Positions 7,897-15,445 of a stretch of 64,000 nt of DNA are shown here, one piece after another. The position numbers and the translations under genes were made by a program. The stretch comes from an uncultured Eubacteriales bacterium (GTDB lineage: Bacteria; Bacillota; Clostridia; Oscillospirales; CAG-272). Numbering within the stretch: the first letter of the stretch is position 1; every line of letters begins with the position of its first letter. Location of the stretch: assembly GCA_900544985.1 (NCBI GenBank), contig UQXK01000003.1, forward strand, positions 3,670-67,669, given 5' to 3'. The notes beneath the pieces are model-generated. The model saw nothing but the letters and a program-made list of their open reading frames with translations, searched no databases and was not told the DNA's origin.

Positions 7897-9119
7897 AAAA
7901 GAAAATAATCATCACTCTGATCTGCGTCGTTGTTGTCTCTCTGCTTTCTATAACTTGTAGTGCCTATTTCACATCTGACTTAAATACAATTGATGTTTCA
8001 TCATATTTCACGTCGTCTTCTGTTGTTGCGGCTCTTCCTCCTTATGGTGGAGATTACGGTTATTGGGAACTTGATAATTCTTTCATGCTTTCCGACGGTC
8101 AATATGTAAAATGTTCAAATGTGAATTATCTTTTATTGTGTCCTTTATATACTGGTGAAACTTCGTATTTAAATTTTGAAATTACTTTTAAACGTTCAGG
8201 TTATTCTGAAACCTATGGTATAAGTATAACTGTTGATTCTTCTTATACTTCTATATCTATTGATAAGATCGGTGATATTTTAAACCTTTATTCAACTTCA
8301 TTTTATTATTGTGTTTCTGAACGTCCTAACATAGTTATAAGCTTTGCCAATTTGCTTAATGCTCTTTATTCTAATTCTTCATACTTTTCTTCATCTAACC
8401 CTTGTTACAGTTTTTCTTTAACTTGTTCAGATGATACTTGTTCTTGTGAATCTTATGTTTCTCTTTCTTTAAACTCATCCGGTGGAAGCGGATCCACTTG
8501 CACACGACCTCATATAACCGACTCAAACGGTGACGGTTATGACGATTCATCTTACAATGCAGGCGTTCAGTTCGGAAAAAATACATATGGAAAAGTAGAC
8601 GCAAACGGCGACGGTTACGACGATCCGTCATATACGGCAGGATATAACGCAGGACTTTCCGCAGGTGGCGGAAGCTCTTCGGGCGGATCTTCTTCTGAAT
8701 TTGTCGATATTGATTTTGACGGCTATGATGACCGTTCATATAATGCCGGTTTTGATTCAGGCGTTGAGTTAGGTAAGCAGTTGTATGGTATTAAGGATAA
8801 TAATAATGATACTTATGATGATGATTCTTACAATGCCGGATATAATTCAGGATATAATTTAGGATTTGACGAAGGAGCTGCTTCATCTGACGGATATAAC
8901 GTAGGTTTTGAAGCAGGGAAGAAGTGGCAAAAGAATAACGACGAAAGCACAGGCGCCGTATCTGACTTTGTAACGGACGTCGGCGGAACTGTCGTTTCTT
9001 CATTTTTGTACTTTGGAAAAAACGTTGAATTTCTCGGTATCTCTCTTCTTTCGCTTTTAGGCGTTCTCGTTGTCGGCTTTGTTGTATTCTTTATCTTCCG
9101 TAAAGTAAAGGGCGGTTGA
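7893..9119 (+). CDS. adsorption/minor-coat-like protein (pIII-like architecture) with DGYDD repeats
   Basis: 408 aa. It has a signal peptide (MKKKIIITLICVVVVSLLSITCSA), a Cys/Ser-rich N-domain, Gly/Ser linkers (SSGGSGS, SAGGGSSSGGSSSE), four D-x-(N/D)-G/x-D-G/T-Y-D-D-x-S-Y-x-A-G repeats, and a C-terminal TM plus basic tail (LLGVLVVGFVVFFIFRKVKGG). Confidence 0.6.
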   Translation: MKKKIIITLICVVVVSLLSITCSAYFTSDLNTIDVSSYFTSSSVVAALPPYGGDYGYWELDNSFMLSDGQYVKCSNVNYLLLCPLYTGETSYLNFEITFKRSGYSETYGISITVDSSYTSISIDKIGDILNLYSTSFYYCVSERPNIVISFANLLNALYSNSSYFSSSNPCYSFSLTCSDDTCSCESYVSLSLNSSGGSGSTCTRPHITDSNGDGYDDSSYNAGVQFGKNTYGKVDANGDGYDDPSYTAGYNAGLSAGGGSSSGGSSSEFVDIDFDGYDDRSYNAGFDSGVELGKQLYGIKDNNNDTYDDDSYNAGYNSGYNLGFDEGAASSDGYNVGFEAGKKWQKNNDESTGAVSDFVTDVGGTVVSSFLYFGKNVEFLGISLLSLLGVLVVGFVVFFIFRKVKGG

Positions 9120-9120
9120 T

Positions 9121-9708
9121 ATGAGCAAAATATTCATCGGCTTGATTGTATTTTTTTGCGTCATAGCTTTGATTTTCTCTTATGCTTCAAACTTTGATTA
9201 TACCTATGATGAAAATGCTGATTTTTCCGCCGATTTTAAACAATCCGTAGACATTAACAGCGGAATGTTTAAAACTTCTTTCCATTCTGTTTTTGATACT
9301 CTTGATACCGTTATTTCTTTTGTTCAGAAATCGTTTAACGATATCCTTTATGCTCTTGACTCTTCACATCGTTACACGAGTGAAGAATGGGAAAACTTCT
9401 TTGAACAGCTCTACGAGCGTTCATATAATTACTGCAAAGAAAATTCGAATTTCTTTAACCGTGCTATTTGCTTTGAATACCTCGAAAAATTTTATCAGGA
9501 GCTTTCTATGTGTGTTAAATATTCTGATTATGTTCCCGGTAACATTATGCAAGGTGTTACCTTTGCCAACGATAGTTGGTGGCAGGATTGGTATAAAGAT
9601 TTCAATTGGTCCGATAGCGACCTTTTAAAGATACATCAGTATCTTACATCTTTGAATATTCCCCATATGTTGTATGGTCAAAAATATTGTTTTGGAGATG
9701 AAACATGA
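9121..9708 (+). CDS. prophage membrane protein (N-terminal TM), unknown function
   Basis: 195 aa, begins MSKIFIGLIVFFCVIALIFSYA. The start lies 1 nt after the previous stop, and the stop overlaps the next start (ATGA). Confidence 0.5.
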   Translation: MSKIFIGLIVFFCVIALIFSYASNFDYTYDENADFSADFKQSVDINSGMFKTSFHSVFDTLDTVISFVQKSFNDILYALDSSHRYTSEEWENFFEQLYERSYNYCKENSNFFNRAICFEYLEKFYQELSMCVKYSDYVPGNIMQGVTFANDSWWQDWYKDFNWSDSDLLKIHQYLTSLNIPHMLYGQKYCFGDET

Positions 9709-10541
9709 AGTACGTTTTAATAGTTTCTTTGATAGTTTTTGCGATATGGTTTTTCTATTCGCTTTTCACATCTAAATCGATTCCACTTGAAAGGGAAAAC
9801 CTTTTCATTGGCGGTGTCAAATGCGGAAAGACGGGAACGGGAAGCGTTTACCTTATCAAATGGTTTAAAAGCCGTTATAGACGCTACATCTTTTCTAAGA
9901 TACGACATCCGTTTAATAAAAAGAAACGTGAGCCGAAGCCCGTTGTATATACTTCTATTCCTTTTAAGTTACCGTATAAGCAAAAATCCCGAAGCCTTAC
10001 GGAAAATTATCTTCTTATGGAAACACTTCTTCCCAATGAATGCACATCGATTTTTTTCGACGAAGTGGGACAGGTTGCCAACCAGTATGATTATGATTAC
10101 GAATCTGTAAAAACGAACATACAAACGTTTATCCGCTTTTACGGTCATTTTATCAAGGACGGTTATGTTTTTACAACAGAGCAAGCCTCTGACTTCATAG
10201 CAAAGCCGATACGCGCACGTTTTAATTGTGCCGTAGAGGTCAAGCGTTTTCACCGTTGTTTTATCTTTCCGTTTGGAAAAGTGAAGTGGCGTTCTATCGG
10301 CATGACAAACGACATCATGAATACAAAGGACGTTTCTGATGATTCATGGAACACGGCGTTTTTCTTCTTCCCGTATAAAAGGCGCTATGATCCTCGCGCA
10401 TATTCCGAAGCGTATTCTTTGGGATTTACCCATGAGCGCCCGCCTGTTTTTTGGGACTGTAAGAAGAGCATGAAGACGCGCTATCTGGCAGACGTCAGAC
10501 GTAAGCCAGAGCGCAGCATATACGCTCCGATAGTGGGTTAG
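9705..10541 (+). CDS. Zot / pI-like P-loop assembly ATPase
   Basis: Walker A is GGVKCGKTGTG and Walker B is SIFFDEVG, followed by FYGHFIKDGYVFTTEQ, which resembles the RHxGxDhhhhTQ signature of the Zot family. An N-terminal hydrophobic helix reads VLIVSLIVFAIWFFYSLF. Confidence 0.6.
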   Translation: MKYVLIVSLIVFAIWFFYSLFTSKSIPLERENLFIGGVKCGKTGTGSVYLIKWFKSRYRRYIFSKIRHPFNKKKREPKPVVYTSIPFKLPYKQKSRSLTENYLLMETLLPNECTSIFFDEVGQVANQYDYDYESVKTNIQTFIRFYGHFIKDGYVFTTEQASDFIAKPIRARFNCAVEVKRFHRCFIFPFGKVKWRSIGMTNDIMNTKDVSDDSWNTAFFFFPYKRRYDPRAYSEAYSLGFTHERPPVFWDCKKSMKTRYLADVRRKPERSIYAPIVG

Positions 10542-10593
10542 ATCCTCGGAAGAGAGGGGATGTGAGCGCAGCCGCGCCCCTCTCTTCCGGATC
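10541..10593 (+). other. GC-rich stem-loop in the prophage intergenic region (candidate origin or packaging signal)
   Basis: gatcc-tc-ggaagagagggg ... cccctctcttcc-ggatc: a 12+5 bp stem with a 2-nt bulge and a 17-nt loop. Confidence 0.5.
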
Positions 10594-10651
10594 TTGCCGG
10601 AGCGACTTTTCAAAAGAAAGTTTTTCTTTAAAACAGAGAGAAATTTTCTTC

Positions 10652-10680
10652 ATTACCCCCGATAGTAGCACGGGGGTAAT
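10652..10680 (+). other. second stem-loop in the prophage intergenic region
   Basis: attacccccg-atagtagca-cgggggtaat: a perfect 10-bp stem with a 9-nt loop, about 90 nt upstream of the rep start. Confidence 0.5.
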
Positions 10681-10767
10681 CATCCCCATTACTTTTTCTT
10701 TTTTTTGGCTCTGTGACTTGCTTTTTTGCACTTTTCATGTATAACGCTTTTTTTGAGGTTTTTTGCT

Positions 10768-11736
10768 ATGAAAAAATTACTTGTTGACTATCTTACAATG
10801 TCTTTTAAATATCCCGACCATTTTGAAAAAGTCCTTATAGATTCTTTGAATCTTCCTACTGATGAAATTGAACTTATAAAGTCACATTTTGGACTTTCTA
10901 ACTGTATTTATTATGACGGTATTTCTATTCACTTCGACGATGAGTTGGTTATTTTAGAGATGTCCGGTAAAGGTTGTCGAACCTGTGAGGATCTGAATCC
11001 TTATTTTGATTGGTATTCTTTCATTCATTCTTTTGACAATGGTATTTTTCATTCCGCCGATGATCCGTGTTATGTCCATATTTCCCGTATAGATATAGCT
11101 CTTGATGATATCGATAATTCTATCGTTGATATTCCTCTTCTTCAAAAATATGTTCGTGCAAAAAAATATGTTTGTTCTTCTCGTTATGTTTCTTGTATCG
11201 ATGGTACTCGTGAATTGGCTGTATATTTCGGCTCTCCAAAGTCTACGCGCCGACTTCGTATTTATGATAAACGTTTGGAGCAGAAGCTTCCCGATGATTC
11301 TCCTTCTTGGGTCAGATATGAGTTCCAGCTCCGCGATGAAAATGCTTTATCGTTTTATTTGAATCTTCGTCTTTGTAACGGTAATTTTTCAAAGTGTTAT
11401 TTCGGCGTTCTTTCGAATTATCTTAATTTTGTAACAAAGCCCCGCGATGATGTCGGTCACCATACCGAGCGTCTTTCTACTGTTAAGTGGTGGAGTGATT
11501 TTTTGGGGAATGTTTCCGAACTCAAAAATCTTTATTTGCCCGGAAGGGAATATTCTCTTCATTCTGTTGAGAGCTATTTTACAAAACAATGCGCGTCGAC
11601 GGTCAAAACGCTTTATCTCGTACATAAGCATAAAAGCGGAGGAGATGTTTCTTCTTTTCTCGATATGGTCGATTCCGCTTCCTTAAATTCTAAACAAAAA
11701 ACTTTGTACGAAAATTATATTTCTGAAAAAGGTTGA
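10768..11736 (+). CDS. rolling-circle replication initiator, Rep_trans family
   Basis: Motifs are HISRIDIALDD, LAVYFGSPKSTRRLRIYDKRLEQ and WVRYEFQLRDENA. The likely ATG is at 10768 (MKKLLVDYLTMSFKY), whereas the ORF track starts at 10726. Confidence 0.7.
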   Translation: MKKLLVDYLTMSFKYPDHFEKVLIDSLNLPTDEIELIKSHFGLSNCIYYDGISIHFDDELVILEMSGKGCRTCEDLNPYFDWYSFIHSFDNGIFHSADDPCYVHISRIDIALDDIDNSIVDIPLLQKYVRAKKYVCSSRYVSCIDGTRELAVYFGSPKSTRRLRIYDKRLEQKLPDDSPSWVRYEFQLRDENALSFYLNLRLCNGNFSKCYFGVLSNYLNFVTKPRDDVGHHTERLSTVKWWSDFLGNVSELKNLYLPGREYSLHSVESYFTKQCASTVKTLYLVHKHKSGGDVSSFLDMVDSASLNSKQKTLYENYISEKG

Positions 11737-12611
11737 TTATGCTTTTATTTGATTTGTTAAAAAAATTCGATGAGATATACATAACTCAAAGGTTGAAGCC
11801 GACTACCGCAAACGGTTATCGCGTAAATATCCGACTGCATATTCTGCCTTATTTGGGTGATAAAGATGTTCTTGCTTTGACTGTCGACGATCTGGATCAT
11901 CTTACCGTACTGCTTCAAAACAAAGGGTTATGCAACCGTACGATTGTTTATGTTCATGCAACATTGCGTAAGTGTCTGAACTTTGGAATCCGCCGGGGAT
12001 TACTTCCGTATAATCCGTATAATCAATTCGATATGCCGAGGAAGAAACGTTTTGAATATACTGTTCTCAACGAAGATCAGATCTCTCTTGTTCTCTATAA
12101 TTGCCGCGGAACACGAATAGAAAACGCTGTTATTCTTGCGCTATGCTATGGAATGAGACGCGGAGAAATCCTCGGTATACTTCCTTCTGACTTTGATTCT
12201 GTCAATGGAGTTCTCCATATACAGCGAAGCCGAACGCTCGTAAACGGTAGTGAAGTTATTACCGATTGTAAAACGAACAATAGTAATAGATACGTCTTAA
12301 TTGCACCACGGCACTATTATTTGTTTTCAAATGAAAGTCAATTTTCTATTTCCCCGTGGACGCTTGATGTTTTGTTTCACAATTTCGCCGATTCCCTCGG
12401 ACTTCCAAAGGGACTCCGTTTTCACGACCTGCGGCACTCATATGCAACGTTAATGCTTCAAAAGGGAATAAACCCAAAAATCGTGTCGCAGATACTCGGA
12501 CATTCTTCCGTGTCGGTAACGCTCGACATATACAGTCATCCTCCTGTCGACGTGCAAAGCGTATGTCTTGATGTGTTCGAATCCGTAGAAAAGAAAAAAG
12601 CACCCATGTAG
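11733..12611 (+). CDS. tyrosine recombinase / phage integrase
   Basis: 292 aa. Catalytic signature is ...GMRRGEILG..., LRFHDLRHSYATLML, GHSSVSVTLDIYSH. It overlaps the rep stop and ends 15 nt before the tRNA 3' end. Confidence 0.9.
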   Translation: MIMLLFDLLKKFDEIYITQRLKPTTANGYRVNIRLHILPYLGDKDVLALTVDDLDHLTVLLQNKGLCNRTIVYVHATLRKCLNFGIRRGLLPYNPYNQFDMPRKKRFEYTVLNEDQISLVLYNCRGTRIENAVILALCYGMRRGEILGILPSDFDSVNGVLHIQRSRTLVNGSEVITDCKTNNSNRYVLIAPRHYYLFSNESQFSISPWTLDVLFHNFADSLGLPKGLRFHDLRHSYATLMLQKGINPKIVSQILGHSSVSVTLDIYSHPPVDVQSVCLDVFESVEKKKAPM

Positions 12612-12686
12612 TGGGTGCTTTTTTTGTGGCGGAGAGATAGGGATTCGAACCCTAGTTGGAGGATTACTCCAAACACGATTTCCAGT
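12403..12686 (+). repeat. right copy of the direct repeat (integrase 3' end plus terminator plus tRNA 3' half, attR)
   Basis: See 5877..6159. The offset between the copies is 6526-6527 nt. Confidence 0.9.
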
Positions 12687-12718
12687 CGTGCGCCTTAGAC
12701 CAACTCAGCCATCTCTCC
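12627..12718 (-). tRNA. tRNA-Ser (anticodon GGA), class II with long variable arm
   Basis: The reverse complement reads ggagagatggctgagttggtctaaggcgcacgaCTGGAAAtcgtg...gggttcgaatccctatctctccgcca. The anticodon loop is cuGGAaa and CCA is encoded. Confidence 0.85.
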
Positions 12719-12731
12719 ATCGGTCTTGACT

Positions 12732-12760
12732 ATTCTACCACAATATCTGTCGGAAGTCAA
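12732..12760 (-). promoter_or_regulatory. sigma-70-type promoter for tRNA-Ser(GGA)
   Basis: The minus strand reads TTGACT, 17 nt (ending in TGG), TAGAAT, about 13 nt upstream of the tRNA 5' end. Confidence 0.5.
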
Positions 12761-12854
12761 GAGAAAAATTTTCTGTTTTGACACTTTTTTTATTGACTAA
12801 AATAAAGAGTGGATTTATAATAGAAAAAAAGTTTATTACAGGAGATAATAAATT

Positions 12855-13781
12855 ATGAAAATAAGCGTACAGATTGGCGGAATAACAGACGTTCTCGGAA
12901 TGGAAGAGAGCTTTGCCGCTATAAAAAAAGCCGGATTTGACGCTGTTGATTTCGACTTTTCGTTTTATAAGTGGGATGATCTAATAAACGGAAGAAAATG
13001 CGATTTCTTCTTTGACGGAAAAACTCTTTGGAATTATGTTGAAGAAGCAAAAAAAGCCGCAGAAAAATACGGAATCGAATTCGGTCAGGCACATGCTCCG
13101 TTTCCGTGCTATATTCCCAGATGTCCCGAAGGGACGGCAAATGTTCAGGAGGCCATAAAGCTCAGCATAGATGCTTGTGGACGTCTCGGATGTGACAAGA
13201 TAGTTGTTCATCCGGCATTTGACGGAAGCGCAAGATATCCTTCTCTTACGCATGAAGAAGAATACAAGCTGAATATAGATTTCTATTCTTCGCTTATACC
13301 GTCTCTTAAAAAGAACCATGTTGTTTGCTGCCTTGAAAATATGTGGAAACAGGATTGGGGTACTAAAAAGATATATACTGCCTGCTGTTCCGATATGAAC
13401 GAAGCTGCAAGATATATAGATGAGCTCAACGCTATCGCAGGGGAAAAGCTCTTTGGTTTCTGCCTTGATACGGGACATCTTCTCCTTTTAAGCCTTGATG
13501 TTTATGATTGCATAGTTGCTCTCGGTGACAGAATCGTTGCTTTGCACGTACATGACAACAACGGTGTCGATGATGAACATGTTCTTCCTTATACGGGAGT
13601 TCTCAATTGGTCTCGCTTTATAAAGGGACTCAGAGAAATTTCCTATAAAGGAACTATCAATTTTGAAACTTGCGGTGCACATAGAAAATTTCCGAAAGAG
13701 CTTTTGCCGAGCATGCTTTCTCTTCTTGCCGATACAGGCAAGTACTTCGATGAGAAAATAAACGCTCCCGAAGAACAATAA
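12855..13781 (+). CDS. sugar phosphate isomerase/epimerase (xylose-isomerase-like TIM barrel)
   Basis: 308 aa. Typical features are ...GFDAVDF..., KIVVHPAF, CLENMW, GFCLDTGHLLL, HVHDNNG. Confidence 0.75.
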   Translation: MKISVQIGGITDVLGMEESFAAIKKAGFDAVDFDFSFYKWDDLINGRKCDFFFDGKTLWNYVEEAKKAAEKYGIEFGQAHAPFPCYIPRCPEGTANVQEAIKLSIDACGRLGCDKIVVHPAFDGSARYPSLTHEEEYKLNIDFYSSLIPSLKKNHVVCCLENMWKQDWGTKKIYTACCSDMNEAARYIDELNAIAGEKLFGFCLDTGHLLLLSLDVYDCIVALGDRIVALHVHDNNGVDDEHVLPYTGVLNWSRFIKGLREISYKGTINFETCGAHRKFPKELLPSMLSLLADTGKYFDEKINAPEEQ

Positions 13782-13791
13782 ATTGTAAATT

Positions 13792-13820
13792 AAAAAAGCA
13801 CGGCGATGCCGTGCTTTTTT
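13792..13820. terminator. bidirectional intrinsic terminator
   Basis: aaaaaagcacggc-gat-gccgtgctttttt. Confidence 0.75.
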
Positions 13821-13836
13821 GTGTGTATTGAATGTT

Positions 13837-13973
13837 GGGGCTGTCCGCCCCAAACCCGGACCAAAGAAACTTTTCGGGAAAAGTTTCTTGGAACTTCAAA
13901 AGCTTTTGCAAAAATAAATGGGTACAGTCGGGACAAAGTTCTTTGGCACACCTTTCTCCGAAAGAAAGGTGTG
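13837..13973 (-). repeat. ~136-nt 3'-UTR-associated repeat module, copy A
   Basis: Similar to the reverse complement of 60495..60630. The shared core is ccaagaaacttttc-n-gaaaagtttcttgg(a/g)cttcaaaagctt, and the shared end hairpin is cacacctttct...agaaaggtgtg. Confidence 0.7.
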
Positions 13974-13978
13974 TTTTT

Positions 13979-14569
13979 TCAAGAAAGGTACGTGGAGACG
14001 ATTATATCGGCACATTTTTCCACGCCTATTTTTGTGCTGTTTAAAACCATTGTATAATTTTTTATATTGCCCCACGTCTGTCCCGTGTAATATTTGTAGT
14101 TAATACTGCGCTTTTTGTCTGTTTCTTTCATAAGCTTTTCCGCTTCTTCCTCTGTTATGCCGCGAAGGGAAGAGAGGCGCTTTTTCTTTTCTTCGATATC
14201 GCCGCAGATAAATACGTTTAAAGTATCGTGTTTATCTTTTAATATATAATCTGCGGAACGTCCTACTATAACGCAGGAACTTTTCTCTGCGAGATCGAGG
14301 ATTATTTTTCTCTGGATATTGTTTATATAATCCTCTATCGATTCTCCCGACGCGGATCTGCCGACAAATGCATATGCAAATATGTTTTTCGACGGTGCGT
14401 ATTCGGATATCCTTTCGACGAACTGATCGACAAACCCCGTTTCTTCTGCGACTTTTTCCATTATTTCTTTGTCATAAAACGGTATGTTGAGTTTTTTTGC
14501 CACGAGCTCTCCTATATATTTTCCGCCGCTTCCGAGCTCTCGGCTGATAGTTATTATCTTATTTCCCAT
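13979..14569 (-). CDS. cytidylate-kinase-like family protein (AAA/P-loop)
   Basis: 196 aa, MGNKIITISRELGSGGKYIGELVAKKLNIPFYDKEI..., typical of the Cytidylate_kin2 family. Confidence 0.7.
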   Translation of the reverse strand: MGNKIITISRELGSGGKYIGELVAKKLNIPFYDKEIMEKVAEETGFVDQFVERISEYAPSKNIFAYAFVGRSASGESIEDYINNIQRKIILDLAEKSSCVIVGRSADYILKDKHDTLNVFICGDIEEKKKRLSSLRGITEEEAEKLMKETDKKRSINYKYYTGQTWGNIKNYTMVLNSTKIGVEKCADIIVSTYLS

Positions 14570-14601
14570 TGTCTTTCTCCTTTCGCATGGATATATTTGT
14601 T

Positions 14602-15381
14602 TTATTTTAAATTCTCTTTTATTATTTTTAAAACTTCTTCATGAACTTTCCCGTTTGAAACGACGGCGCCGCGAAGTCCTTTGTCGTATCTCTGATCATT
14701 CCCGAAAAAGTCGGTCACTTTGCCGCCTGCTTCCTCGACTATGACTTTTGCCGCCGCGATATCGCAGTTTTTGTGTACCGTTCCGGGGAAAAGCGTGAGA
14801 GGAAATTTTCCGCAGGCGACATAGGCTGCGGCATGCGTTATGCTTCCTATATGCATGGTATATGTTTTTTGCGATATTATATCGTAAATTTTTGATACAT
14901 CGTATTCTGTTCCCGGCCAGCGGTCGAGGTCTACAACTGTTTTCATTCCGTCGAGTTCTTCATCGCTTACATGTATTTCTTCTCCGTTCATAAATGCGCC
15001 GCCGCCTTTTACTGCGGTGAACATTTCACCGCCGAAAGGATCGTAAATGACTCCCACAACGGGCTCTCCGTCCTCTACCAGAGCGAGCGAGAAAACGGAA
15101 ACGGGGATTCTTCTTGCGTACATTGCCGTTCCGTCGACGGGGTCGCATACCCAGACAAAACGGCTGTTTCCGAAGCCGCCTTCCTCTCCGTCTACGGCGT
15201 GGTCCGGGAATACCTCTTTTACACGCGATATGAGATAATCGTTTATCTCCGTATCCGCCTTTGTCACTACCGTTCTGTCGCTTTTGTATCTGGCGCCGTT
15301 GTTTTCGTTAAAATATCGGAGATTTATCTCTCCCGCTTTCCGAGCTATGTCTTTTGCAAAATCAAGATATTTTTCAAACAT
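14602..15381 (-). CDS. inositol monophosphatase family protein
   Basis: 259 aa. Motifs are VDGEEGG and WVCDPVDGT. Confidence 0.8.
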   Translation of the reverse strand: MFEKYLDFAKDIARKAGEINLRYFNENNGARYKSDRTVVTKADTEINDYLISRVKEVFPDHAVDGEEGGFGNSRFVWVCDPVDGTAMYARRIPVSVFSLALVEDGEPVVGVIYDPFGGEMFTAVKGGGAFMNGEEIHVSDEELDGMKTVVDLDRWPGTEYDVSKIYDIISQKTYTMHIGSITHAAAYVACGKFPLTLFPGTVHKNCDIAAAKVIVEEAGGKVTDFFGNDQRYDKGLRGAVVSNGKVHEEVLKIIKENLK

Positions 15382-15445
15382 ATTTTCCTCTTATAATTTC
15401 TCATTCGCCGCAATAAACAAAGGCGGATAAATTTTTTTATTTGTA

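Larger units (their letters stand above)
6100..12686 (+). mobile_element. integrated filamentous-phage-like (inovirus-like) prophage in tRNA-Ser(GGA)
   Basis: Bounded by duplicated tRNA 3' halves, with a unit length of about 6.5 kb. The modules present are repressor, small coat-like proteins, adsorption-like protein, Zot/pI ATPase, Rep_trans and integrase. The genes are same-strand and overlapping or abutting, the region is visibly more AT-rich than its flanks, and there are no capsid, terminase or tail genes. Confidence 0.7.

Noticed and set aside
6100-12686. Alternative reading of the element as a small integrative plasmid or IME rather than a phage
   Set aside because: It is not fully excluded, since Rep_trans and a tyrosine integrase also occur on IMEs. 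However, there are no relaxase, coupling-protein or cargo genes. The Zot-type ATPase, pVIII-like and pIII-like proteins and the ~6.5-kb size fit an inovirus better.
13806-14103. Overlapping 61-83-aa ORFs whose peptides resemble the N-terminal part of the antisense ORF at 60.5 kb (NPDQRNFSGKVSWNFKSF versus DPDTRNFSRKVSWSFKSF)
   Set aside because: The similarity follows from the nucleotide repeat module (13837-13973 / 60495-60630). The region is dominated by palindromes and terminators and has no RBS, so non-coding is more parsimonious.
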